Positions 40,541 through 49,117 of a stretch of DNA of 64,000 nucleotides are shown here, in pieces (the stretch's first letter is position 1; each line of letters starts with the position of its first letter). Position numbers and translations under genes: made by a program. The DNA comes from Fimbriimonadia bacterium (GTDB lineage: Bacteria > Armatimonadota > Fimbriimonadia > Fimbriimonadales > JABRVX01), in assembly GCA_041483895.1 (NCBI GenBank), contig JBGPGO010000009.1:108880-172879 (forward strand), given 5' to 3'. The notes under the pieces were generated by a model. The model was not told the DNA's origin. It saw nothing but the letters and a program-made list of their open reading frames with translations, and made no database searches.

Positions 40541-40788
40541 TGTCAGAAATTCCTCCAGTACTAGTATGCGCCGGCGGCGCGGGGACCCTTCGCGTTGCCC
40601 GCAATCTTACTATACACGCTGCGGTAGAAAAGCGCAAGCGATTCTGCAGAGTATGCCGGACTTCACAGAGAGACCTCCTGTTGAGGGTCCCATTATTGCC
40701 TCCTGCCGCTGTGACGGTCTCACGCGGCATCCAGAGGTTTGGGAACGTTACGGTCAGATGGCCGTCTACATCCGTGGGGAGGTGCGGC

Positions 40789-42132
40789 ATGCATCTGCGG
40801 AAATGGCTATCCTTCATTTTTTTTGCGTCCGCCATCGCGCCGTTGGCGGCAATGTCTGCATTCAAACTGTCGCCAGGCGAGGGCGGCCTCACGAATGAGC
40901 AGCTGATTGATTCCCTCGCCAACATCTCATCCGAAGGTACAGGTTTCAACTCTTTCTCCATGTCCTCGACGTTCATGGCAATCAACGAGGAACCGCAATT
41001 TCATGGGGGCATCATCGGCTCGCCGAAGCCGACGGTTCCGCCGGCTATGCGCGAGCTAGTTCGTCGCGGGGTGAAGGCCCTGCCGGACCTCTTGAAACAC
41101 TTGTCGGATCCGCGATCCACGAAACTCCTAGTCGCTGGCGGCGGGATTATTGTGGACGGCTGGTTCTCGGATGAATACCATCCGCGTTGGGCGGAGCCGG
41201 AAAAGCAACCAAAGAACGTCAACCGGCTAGACGACGACGGCGGCCAAATCAACCTGAAGGCCGGCTATGTCCCGCGGGTGGGAGACCTGTGCTATGTGTT
41301 GGTGGGTCAAATCGTGAATCGCGGCCTCAATGCCGTGCGATACCAGCCATCGTCTTGCGTCGTTGTGAACTCTCCGGTTCAAATCGAAGCGCTGGCAACG
41401 GCTACGCGAAAAGATTGGGGTGATCTCACAGCCGAAGCGCATAAGAGGTCACTGATCGAAGACGCAGACAATCCGTACTCATACGCCGCCCTCAATGCGC
41501 TCAAACGCCTTCTTTATTACTATCCGGAAGTGGGAGAAAAATTTGCTCTGCGATTCCTTGGGCGCCCCTATTATGATCCACTTGTCATTTGGCAATTCAT
41601 CGAAAAGACACTTATGAAGCACGCGAAGCCGGGCGAATGGAAAGAGGATGTCGCCACGTTCGTCCGAAGGTATGGCAAAGTCTACGCCGAAGCGCTTCCA
41701 TCAAAGGTTTGGTCCGATGCGAGACACGCCTTTGATAGAAAGAGACCAAAGCCGAATCGCGCTTTGGAAATCCTCCTTGCCGTCTATCCGAACTACGGGC
41801 TCTACCATCACAAATTCCTCAATGCCACCACGATCAGAGATCAAGCAGACCTGGTCGAAGGCCTTCAGATATTCCGATCGGCGGCCCTCGATGATGCCGT
41901 TCAGCGCGCCTTCTCGGCTGCAAAGGCATTCGCGAAAAACGTCTCGGTCCGATTCGAGGTTGACATGCTGGCGCTGGCTGCTGTGGCAAGGCTGGAAAAG
42001 AGCAAGTATGCCCCGACCTACCTGCACTATTTCCAACAGCGCATCGCCTACATGAATAAGCTGGACGTAAAGTCTCCCGATCGATACCGATTGGACGATA
42101 TGAAGAAATGGGCCACCAAGCTGCGCAAATAG
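40789..42132 (+). CDS. Exported hypothetical protein
   Basis: GGAGG RBS, signal peptide MHLRKWLSFIFFASAIAPLAA, long ORF. Confidence 0.7.
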   Translation: MHLRKWLSFIFFASAIAPLAAMSAFKLSPGEGGLTNEQLIDSLANISSEGTGFNSFSMSSTFMAINEEPQFHGGIIGSPKPTVPPAMRELVRRGVKALPDLLKHLSDPRSTKLLVAGGGIIVDGWFSDEYHPRWAEPEKQPKNVNRLDDDGGQINLKAGYVPRVGDLCYVLVGQIVNRGLNAVRYQPSSCVVVNSPVQIEALATATRKDWGDLTAEAHKRSLIEDADNPYSYAALNALKRLLYYYPEVGEKFALRFLGRPYYDPLVIWQFIEKTLMKHAKPGEWKEDVATFVRRYGKVYAEALPSKVWSDARHAFDRKRPKPNRALEILLAVYPNYGLYHHKFLNATTIRDQADLVEGLQIFRSAALDDAVQRAFSAAKAFAKNVSVRFEVDMLALAAVARLEKSKYAPTYLHYFQQRIAYMNKLDVKSPDRYRLDDMKKWATKLRK

Positions 42133-42217
42133 CAGTTATGAATCTGTATAATGTGTTCATAGGCTTGCCGATGGAGATGCTGGTTCTTCGGCGGATTTCT
42201 TGATCGGGGGTGTCATT

Positions 42218-43300
42218 ATGAGTCGGTTGATCGGTTTCTGCTTCGTGATTGTTTTCATTGCGTTCGCGGCCGTCAGCTTAGCGGTCACGCGCGATATCGT
42301 CATTGTCCATAAGTCGAAGCCGATCGCCTACTTCGGTTTTTATCGCGCCAATCAAATGACCGGAGATGGGTGGACGTTATTCGACCGAACCGTGGATTGG
42401 GCAAGGCCGGCGGGCGCGCCCAACACTCAGGACGTCTTTCTCGCGACCTACAACGGTACGCTGAACCCAAACTCCCACAGCGCGGAGCTTGGGGGAATTG
42501 CCGTCTACAACAATCTGGTCGCCCGTGGTTTCAACGTGACGGTCGGCGCACAGGCGACGATCGAGACCGGCAACTTCGCGGCATACGATCTGGTCGTGTA
42601 TGCCTGGAGCTATCCGCGAGACGCCACGAACGTGGTCAATCAAGGAAAGCCGTTTGTTACGTTTTCTGCCGGCGAAACCGACGAATTGGGAATTGGAACC
42701 GGCGCCGAAATGATGCATGAGTACAGGGACAACTCCTGGGTAATAGACAACGCCCATTCGATCACCTCCCCGTATGCTCTCGGAGTGCTCACGTTTCCTA
42801 ACAGCATGTTTATGGATGCCACGAGCGCGTCCGGGTTCGGGCGTCCGCTGATTCGCGCGGAGGCCGTGACCATCACCGGATTCGTGAATTTGGACAGCTA
42901 TGTCGCATCCCCGGAAAACATCGAATTCAATGTGAAAGCGAAATCCGGCGCCCTCGTTCTCGACAAGATGACGGCTTTGCTTGCGAGTGACAGCAGCTAT
43001 GTTGTGTACACAAACGAGGTCGGACCCTATCATCTATGGGGCAAGTGCACCCATTGGCTCTCGGAAACGTTGCCCGAGGAGGACTACGAGATCGGTGGCG
43101 TCTACAGGAGAAACTTCGATCTTTTGCGGAACGGGGACGTGGATGAAAGCAACGCCGTAAACCTCCCGGATATGAATTCCATTTTCATTGCCTTCGCATC
43201 GGCCGGCCCAGCGCCGGAAGACCTGGACGGCGACGGGATCGTGGCACTTCCCGACCTCAACCTAACGTTCCTCAATTTCGGCCAGGTGGGGGCGGAGTAG
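42218..43300 (+). CDS. Exported protein with the same dockerin-like tail as the M12 peptidases
   Basis: Signal peptide; GDVDESNAVNLPDMN...DLDGDGIVALPDLNLTFLNFG. Confidence 0.75.
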   Translation: MSRLIGFCFVIVFIAFAAVSLAVTRDIVIVHKSKPIAYFGFYRANQMTGDGWTLFDRTVDWARPAGAPNTQDVFLATYNGTLNPNSHSAELGGIAVYNNLVARGFNVTVGAQATIETGNFAAYDLVVYAWSYPRDATNVVNQGKPFVTFSAGETDELGIGTGAEMMHEYRDNSWVIDNAHSITSPYALGVLTFPNSMFMDATSASGFGRPLIRAEAVTITGFVNLDSYVASPENIEFNVKAKSGALVLDKMTALLASDSSYVVYTNEVGPYHLWGKCTHWLSETLPEEDYEIGGVYRRNFDLLRNGDVDESNAVNLPDMNSIFIAFASAGPAPEDLDGDGIVALPDLNLTFLNFGQVGAE

Positions 43301-43304
43301 GGAT

Positions 43305-44300
43305 CTAACTCTGGCCCATCTTCGCCGCGCTCACGTGTCCCGTGCGCATGAGAATCCACCGCACGATGACAAACAGCACCAGCATCATCCCGAAGGAGCT
43401 GACGAGAGATGGGCCGGTCGGATAGTCGCGGGCGGCTGAGATATAGAGACCCATGACGCTGGCGGCGATGGCGATTCCCCATGCCAAGACGAGTTGCTTC
43501 ATGAACCCCTTCATCACCATCGAGGCCGCCGCCGCGGGGATGATTAGGAAGCTAAACACGACCAGCACACCGGCCATGCGAACCGACTCCGTGACCATCA
43601 ACGCGAACGTGAGATAGAACAAGAAATCCCACCCGATCACTTTCAGCCCGGTCGCCTCGGGATTGTGCGCGCTTTCCGAAATCTGCAGGAACTGACGACG
43701 GAACAGAAAGTGAATCACGCCAATGCCGAAATAGAGGAAAAATGTCCGAATGACATCCGATTGGTTCTGAAACAGAATATTCCCAACCAGCATCGCCTCG
43801 ATCTCGTCTTTGCCATGCACGGATTTGCTCAGCACCATCACCGCAAGCGCCGCCGATACCACATAGAAGATACCGATGATGGCCTCATGTGGCACGCTGT
43901 CGTCGCGGAAACGGCTGACCCCGATGAGCGCCGCCCCGATCACCGCGAAGCCCAATGAGAAAATGTATACAAGTCGGTCCTGTTCCCGGTCATGTTCCGC
44001 CTGCTGCTGTTGCTCAACCTGCTCCGGAGTCATGCCTTTGGCCTGTGCGTGTTCCAGCGCCTCAACCTGCTGTGCGAAGTCGTCGCTAGTCACTGACGAG
44101 TGCACGTCGTGGATGAAATAGGGTGATGCCAGCAGCGCCACCGTCGCACCCAGCGCGGCCATCTGTGCCAGCGCCAGGTCCACAAAAATTACTCCGCGCC
44201 GCAAAACATGCATACCCATATAGACATGCAACCCCGTCATCAAGAGACAGATAAAAAAGGGCCACATCAGCAAATGCCAGAGCTCTATCCAATCATGCAT
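43305..44300 (-). CDS. Zn/Mn-type ABC transporter permease (ZnuB-like)
   Basis: HVLRRGVIFVDLALAQ, HEAIIG, GVLVVFSFLIIPA and DYPTGP. Confidence 0.88.
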   Translation of the reverse strand: MHDWIELWHLLMWPFFICLLMTGLHVYMGMHVLRRGVIFVDLALAQMAALGATVALLASPYFIHDVHSSVTSDDFAQQVEALEHAQAKGMTPEQVEQQQQAEHDREQDRLVYIFSLGFAVIGAALIGVSRFRDDSVPHEAIIGIFYVVSAALAVMVLSKSVHGKDEIEAMLVGNILFQNQSDVIRTFFLYFGIGVIHFLFRRQFLQISESAHNPEATGLKVIGWDFLFYLTFALMVTESVRMAGVLVVFSFLIIPAAAASMVMKGFMKQLVLAWGIAIAASVMGLYISAARDYPTGPSLVSSFGMMLVLFVIVRWILMRTGHVSAAKMGQS

Positions 44301-44327
44301 CTCTAAACCTCCGTGGCCCTTCGCATA

Positions 44328-45329
44328 TTATTTCGCCGCCTCGACCAGTTTGGTCACGACGTTGTCGATCATGGCAATGTAGTCCTTGGCGGCCGGCTGC
44401 CCGCCGACGGAGTTGGCCGCGAGCACGACGGTGCCATTCACTTTGCCCGCCACCAGATCGGCGGGTTTGCGGGAATAGAACGGTTCCATCAGGATGATCT
44501 TCGCGCCATCCTGTTTCATGATTTTGATCACATCGAGCACATGGCCGGGACTTGGCTGGATTCCCGGCTTGGGCTCCAGCTCTTCGACGACATCGAATCC
44601 AAATCGCCGCGCGAAGTAGCTCCAGCTTCGGTGATAGGTGACGATTTTCGTGCCCTTCACCTTCTTCACCATCCCCAGCCATCCGCCGTACCGATGGTCG
44701 CCCTTTGCCAGCCACGCATCCAGATCGCCCGCGAAATAGTGGGACCACAGCTTGTCCCCACCTACTGCCGCCGCGCACACTTTGCCGAACATCGCTCCAT
44801 CGAGGTCTTCGACAAACTTGCCATAGTTGGCTTCGTATGTGGACTTTCCGGCCGAGTCCAATCGGATCAGCCGGTCGCGGATCGCCTTCGCGATAATGCG
44901 GCCGTTGTACGGATCGGTCCAATAGTGGGGATTGCCATACGGATGGATGTCTCCCATCGACCGGTCAACGGTCCCTGTCGGCACTTCAAGCTTCGATATG
45001 CCGATGGAGGCATCGAGGAATCCCGGACCGCCCGGCAAGATGGCGGAATTTCGGGCCCCCTGCATCAGGGGCTGGGACCAGGCCTTCTCCAGCTCCATCC
45101 CAACCTCGATGAACAGGTCGGCATTGCGCATCTTGAGCATGTAGCTGGGTTTGGCCTCGATGAAATGGGGGTCCTCCAGGCCCGACGCGATGTTCGTGAC
45201 GCTCACTCGGTTTCCGCCGACCTGCCGCGCGATGTCGGCAAGATCGGGGATAGTTGTTACGACTTTTAGGCTGGCGAGCGCCGGGAGGCAAAGCGCTCCC
45301 AGCGCGGCTAGTACAAACATTTTTTTCAT
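44328..45329 (-). CDS. Zn/Mn-type ABC substrate-binding protein (ZnuA/TroA-like)
   Basis: DPHFIE, GDIHPYGNPHYWTDP, YHRSWSYF and EPKPGIQPSPGH. Confidence 0.92.
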   Translation of the reverse strand: MKKMFVLAALGALCLPALASLKVVTTIPDLADIARQVGGNRVSVTNIASGLEDPHFIEAKPSYMLKMRNADLFIEVGMELEKAWSQPLMQGARNSAILPGGPGFLDASIGISKLEVPTGTVDRSMGDIHPYGNPHYWTDPYNGRIIAKAIRDRLIRLDSAGKSTYEANYGKFVEDLDGAMFGKVCAAAVGGDKLWSHYFAGDLDAWLAKGDHRYGGWLGMVKKVKGTKIVTYHRSWSYFARRFGFDVVEELEPKPGIQPSPGHVLDVIKIMKQDGAKIILMEPFYSRKPADLVAGKVNGTVVLAANSVGGQPAAKDYIAMIDNVVTKLVEAAK

Positions 45330-45341
45330 AAGTATCCTCCC

Positions 45342-46742
45342 TTAGAATTTGTGCGCCGGATGGGCGCCGAAGCCGACTTCATATTGCAGCCAGATAGAAT
45401 GCTGTGGCATGCCAAGGAAATCGGACTGGTCGTAGTTGTATTGGAGCCGGATGCGGCTGAACTCGGATGGGTACCAGGTCAGCGCCGGCGACACCCGCCA
45501 GCGGCGCGCGCGAAGCGGGTCGGCGCTGTTGTCTCCGTTGGCATCGGCGTAGTCGAAGCGCAACCCGGCCACCCAGTTCCTTTGATAGCCGTAGTTGAAT
45601 TCCGAGTACCAACCCCAGTCCTTTAGGTCCTGGCGTGACGTCGTGACGCCCCCTGCTTGGAAGGTGCGCGACATCGCCTCCGCTTGGATCGCCAGGAATG
45701 GGAAGCCGTGGTCGTTCACGCGGGGCTTCCACTTGTAGTAGAGGTCCGTCCCATACAGCTGCGTCCGGTTCGTTGGGCCGGTATTGTTGGGTCCAAAGGC
45801 GCTGGAGAACCCAAGGTTCACCGTCTTTTCGTCGGAAAGCTCCCAGGAGTTGAACCAACGAGCGGTGTACAGCATGTCTCCGAGGGACCGGACCTGGCGA
45901 TCGATGGTTGGGGTTCCCGCAGGTCCGTCCGATCCGAGGAAGCTGGCCGCCGTCCCTCCGCCGGCGTTTTGCGTTCCCAGAATAAACTCCGAATACCAAT
46001 GGAACGGCGTGAGGTATGACAGTTGAACGCCGGGATTGCGCAGGCCGTCGCCGCCGAGCAGCCGACTGGTTATGACCGGCGCATCCACAAAGTTCCACGC
46101 ATGGGGATGCCGAGCGTTGAGACGCCCGAATTGGGTGAAGTATTGCCCGCTCTTGATCTCCATCGAGTTGGGCAGGCTGGTGGTGGTGAGGAAGGCCTCC
46201 TCCACCTCCGTCTCCGTCCCGCCATCGGGACCGAGTTTGAACACCGTGTGCATCTCGGCATTGAAGTAGGGATCGACGGCGCCGTTGAGCGAGAACTCCA
46301 GATTGCGGATGTTGAAGCCGCGATCTTTCGGATCGTGGTCGCCGCCCTGAAGCTGGCCCAGCAGTGTCTGGTCGGCAGTGGACCATCCCGCCGTAGTCAG
46401 GATGTCATAGGAGACATCGATCAGCTTGAGCTGGCCCGGCGCGCCGGTCGCGGGAGCGCTGGGCTGCCCCTGCCCGCCGCCGAGCGCCTTCTCTAGTTCG
46501 GCCTTTAGGGCTTCGTCCTCCGGCGTCTCTTTCTTGCCGGCGGACAACTCGGCGATCGTGGCCTTCAGCGTGGCGATCTCTTCGGCGTGCTGCTTATTGG
46601 CGTCTTCAAGGTCGTTGATGCGCTTGATCAGCGCATCGATTTGATCCTGCTGTTTGTGATTGGGCTGGTTGTCTTGTCCCTGGGCGGTTGCACTCAGGCA
46701 GCCGAGACAGACGATAACAAACCCGATAAGATACCTTTGCAA
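45342..46742 (-). CDS. Outer-membrane beta-barrel of the metal-uptake operon
   Basis: Signal peptide, coiled coil, GAVDPYF, EEAF, FGRLNARHPHAW, PSEFSRIRLQY and C-terminal GAHPAHKF. Confidence 0.8.
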   Translation of the reverse strand: MQRYLIGFVIVCLGCLSATAQGQDNQPNHKQQDQIDALIKRINDLEDANKQHAEEIATLKATIAELSAGKKETPEDEALKAELEKALGGGQGQPSAPATGAPGQLKLIDVSYDILTTAGWSTADQTLLGQLQGGDHDPKDRGFNIRNLEFSLNGAVDPYFNAEMHTVFKLGPDGGTETEVEEAFLTTTSLPNSMEIKSGQYFTQFGRLNARHPHAWNFVDAPVITSRLLGGDGLRNPGVQLSYLTPFHWYSEFILGTQNAGGGTAASFLGSDGPAGTPTIDRQVRSLGDMLYTARWFNSWELSDEKTVNLGFSSAFGPNNTGPTNRTQLYGTDLYYKWKPRVNDHGFPFLAIQAEAMSRTFQAGGVTTSRQDLKDWGWYSEFNYGYQRNWVAGLRFDYADANGDNSADPLRARRWRVSPALTWYPSEFSRIRLQYNYDQSDFLGMPQHSIWLQYEVGFGAHPAHKF

Positions 46743-46749
46743 GTTATTT

Positions 46750-46791
46750 CCTCCTGTATCGTTGAATGTTTACGCGTCAACGAACAGGAGG
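46750..46791 (-). promoter_or_regulatory. RBS-sequestering mRNA hairpin
   Basis: mRNA CCUCCUGU-UCGUUGA...UCAACGA-U-ACAGGAGG pairs over the AGGAGG RBS of the 46742 gene. Confidence 0.8.
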
Positions 46792-47147
46792 GAAGGAGGG
46801 CCGCGAGCGCCGGTGACTGCAACGGCGCAATTCGTAGGAGGGACCGACGCGTACGTCTCATGCCATGCGACCTTGGTTTCGGAGTGGCCCATGGCGGTAT
46901 ACGCGACAGTTGCGACGAAGCCGCTTAGCGAATGGCAGATCGGGCAGTTCGAGGAATCATGGGACTGCGTCGGGTGGTGATGGGTTGGCAGCTTGCAATC
47001 CGCGGCACACATACCGGCGATCGGCGCATGCGCGCCGCTTGCCGGTTCTTCCGACAGGAGATGGAACGTCGGGGCAAAAAAGTAGATCCCGACGAACCAA
47101 ACTGCCAATTTGGCGAAAATCGCCCGGTTGCGTAGCCTTCGCATCAT
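46770..47147 (-). CDS. DUF2946-like leader protein with CxxC, His cluster and RGPP motif
   Basis: Basic/hydrophobic N-terminus, CAADC, HHH, CPICH and C-terminal ARGPP. Confidence 0.8.
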   Translation of the reverse strand: MMRRLRNRAIFAKLAVWFVGIYFFAPTFHLLSEEPASGAHAPIAGMCAADCKLPTHHHPTQSHDSSNCPICHSLSGFVATVAYTAMGHSETKVAWHETYASVPPTNCAVAVTGARGPPSLLFVDA

Positions 47148-47377
47148 GGCTGTATGGGGCCATTGTACCTAATATTCCGTGAGGAGATTGCCGGATGCAG
47201 CAAATGTGAATAGCTAACACATTTACCGCATTTTGAGATGGCAAGTCATCAGAACCTATTACGTATTTCGTACTCTATGTCGTGCAAAATGACGACAGAT
47301 TCGTACCTTGACGGCGAGGAATAATGAGCTAACAATATAGGTATGGTTCGAGTAGAACCGTTGAAGGAGAATCAGAC

Positions 47378-47725
47378 ATGAAAATCAAAGTAATGATCGT
47401 CGCGGGATTGGTCGCCATGGCGGTCGGGGGCACGGCCCTCACCGGTTTTATGAAGACGTTTCAGTCAACCTACGCGATCGCCAAGGACTCTCATCTTAGC
47501 AAGGAAAAGTGCATGACTTGCCACGACACGAAGCTTCCGACGAAGGCGAAGCATGTGCTGAATGCGTACGGTCTTGCCCTACAGAAGGAAATGAAGGCCG
47601 AAGGCACGAAGAAACTAAATGAGGACGTCTTGGAGAAGGTCGGCAAGCTGGATTCCGATGGCGATGGAATGAGAAACGCTGACGAAATTAAGAAGGACCG
47701 GTTGCCGGGCGACCCGAAGGGGTAG
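47378..47725 (+). CDS. Small exported monoheme cytochrome c
   Basis: Signal peptide, CMTCH, LNAYG and DSDGDG..NADEI...LPGDP. Confidence 0.8.
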   Translation: MKIKVMIVAGLVAMAVGGTALTGFMKTFQSTYAIAKDSHLSKEKCMTCHDTKLPTKAKHVLNAYGLALQKEMKAEGTKKLNEDVLEKVGKLDSDGDGMRNADEIKKDRLPGDPKG

Positions 47726-48039
47726 TTGGCTCCGGATTTCGATTTGCAAAGGAATGCAGGACATGTTGATGTGGGTGTTGGCAGTCGTACAATTGTGGTT
47801 TGTCGAACGTTATGTGTCGACCAAGAGGCTTTTGGGAAGTTTGAAGCCGGGCCGGCAGTCCAGTGGACTGGCGCCGGCTCCCAAGACCGATTCCAGACAG
47901 GGCCCATGCGACGCACGTAGAGCGCATGGGCTTCTTGTTGTCTGCCCCAAAACATTGGCCGGCAGCGTCCTCGGTCCGAGGAGAGTGATTTGCTATGGAG
48001 AGTAGCGGCAGCAGATCGGCTGCAAGGAGGCTAGGAAGG

Positions 48040-49110
48040 ATGTACCGAATGCAACGATCACGCGGAGCAGCATCGCAATTGGTCCTTTTCACAATCCCCT
48101 TGGTGGCATTGGTCGCGGTCGCATTGGCCCCGAGCATCCCGAACCAGGATCAGAAGAAGGACAAGCAAGGCGAGACAACCGTGGCAAAGGCGGCCCCGGT
48201 CGACAAGAAATTCTTGGAGCAGGACCACCCGGGTCCCGAGGCCACCAAGGTGGGAATGGAAGCCTGCGGAGACTGCCACGGCAAGCAGGTCGCAAAATTC
48301 TCCGCCTCGAAGCACGCCGTTTATCTGCGAAAAGTGGTGGCCGAAAAGGGTGAGGTATGCGAGTACTGCCACGGGCCCGCAAGCGAGCACGTCGATGAAC
48401 GGGCTAATGTGAAGATCCTCCACTTCCCGCAGCGATCCGCCTATACAGTCAAGCGAACAACAGAATTGTGCGTGAGTTGCCATACGGCCGTTTTGGACAA
48501 GCCCCATTGGCAAGGCAACACGCACGCGATGGCCGACGTAAGCTGCGTCGACTGCCACAGCTTCCATCAGGACGACACGCAGCCCTATCTGTTGCGCAAG
48601 CCGGATATCAAGGTTACGAACAACGTGGCCTTTCGCTACGACGAGAAGCATCCGACCACCAATCAGGCCATCAACGGCGCGTGCCTCAACTGCCACAGGG
48701 AGCAGCAATCGCAGCTGCGAATGCGTTCCCACCATCCGCTGTTCGAAGATCGCGTCAATTGTGCCGATTGCCACGAGCCGCACAAGTCGACCGATCCAAT
48801 GCTGCTTGCCGAGAACCGGGATCTCTCGGAGACCTGTCTCAAGTGCCACACGAACAAGCGAGGCCCGTTTGTGTTCGAGCATGAGCCGGCTCGTGTCGGC
48901 GGGTTGGGTGATAGCTGCCTGACCTGCCATCGCCCCCATGGCTCACCGAACCCAAAATTGACCGTTGCGTTCGGTCGCGGCCTGTGCATTCAGTGTCACA
49001 CCGACATCAACCAAGATGCAGCACACCTCAATCGGCCAGGAAGCTGCTGGCGGTCGGGTTGCCACAGCGACATTCACGGCTCCAACACGAGCCCACTATT
49101 TTTCCACTGA
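48040..49110 (+). CDS. Decaheme c-type cytochrome, MtrA/DmsE family
   Basis: Nine CxxCH plus terminal CWRSGCH; KRGPFVFEHEP, CHRPHGS and IHGSN. Confidence 0.9.
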   Translation: MYRMQRSRGAASQLVLFTIPLVALVAVALAPSIPNQDQKKDKQGETTVAKAAPVDKKFLEQDHPGPEATKVGMEACGDCHGKQVAKFSASKHAVYLRKVVAEKGEVCEYCHGPASEHVDERANVKILHFPQRSAYTVKRTTELCVSCHTAVLDKPHWQGNTHAMADVSCVDCHSFHQDDTQPYLLRKPDIKVTNNVAFRYDEKHPTTNQAINGACLNCHREQQSQLRMRSHHPLFEDRVNCADCHEPHKSTDPMLLAENRDLSETCLKCHTNKRGPFVFEHEPARVGGLGDSCLTCHRPHGSPNPKLTVAFGRGLCIQCHTDINQDAAHLNRPGSCWRSGCHSDIHGSNTSPLFFH

Positions 49111-49117
49111 AAGGAGG

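Noticed and set aside
47726..48039. Small ORFs between the two cytochrome genes
   Set aside because: No motif or convincing coding signal; probably regulatory spacer.
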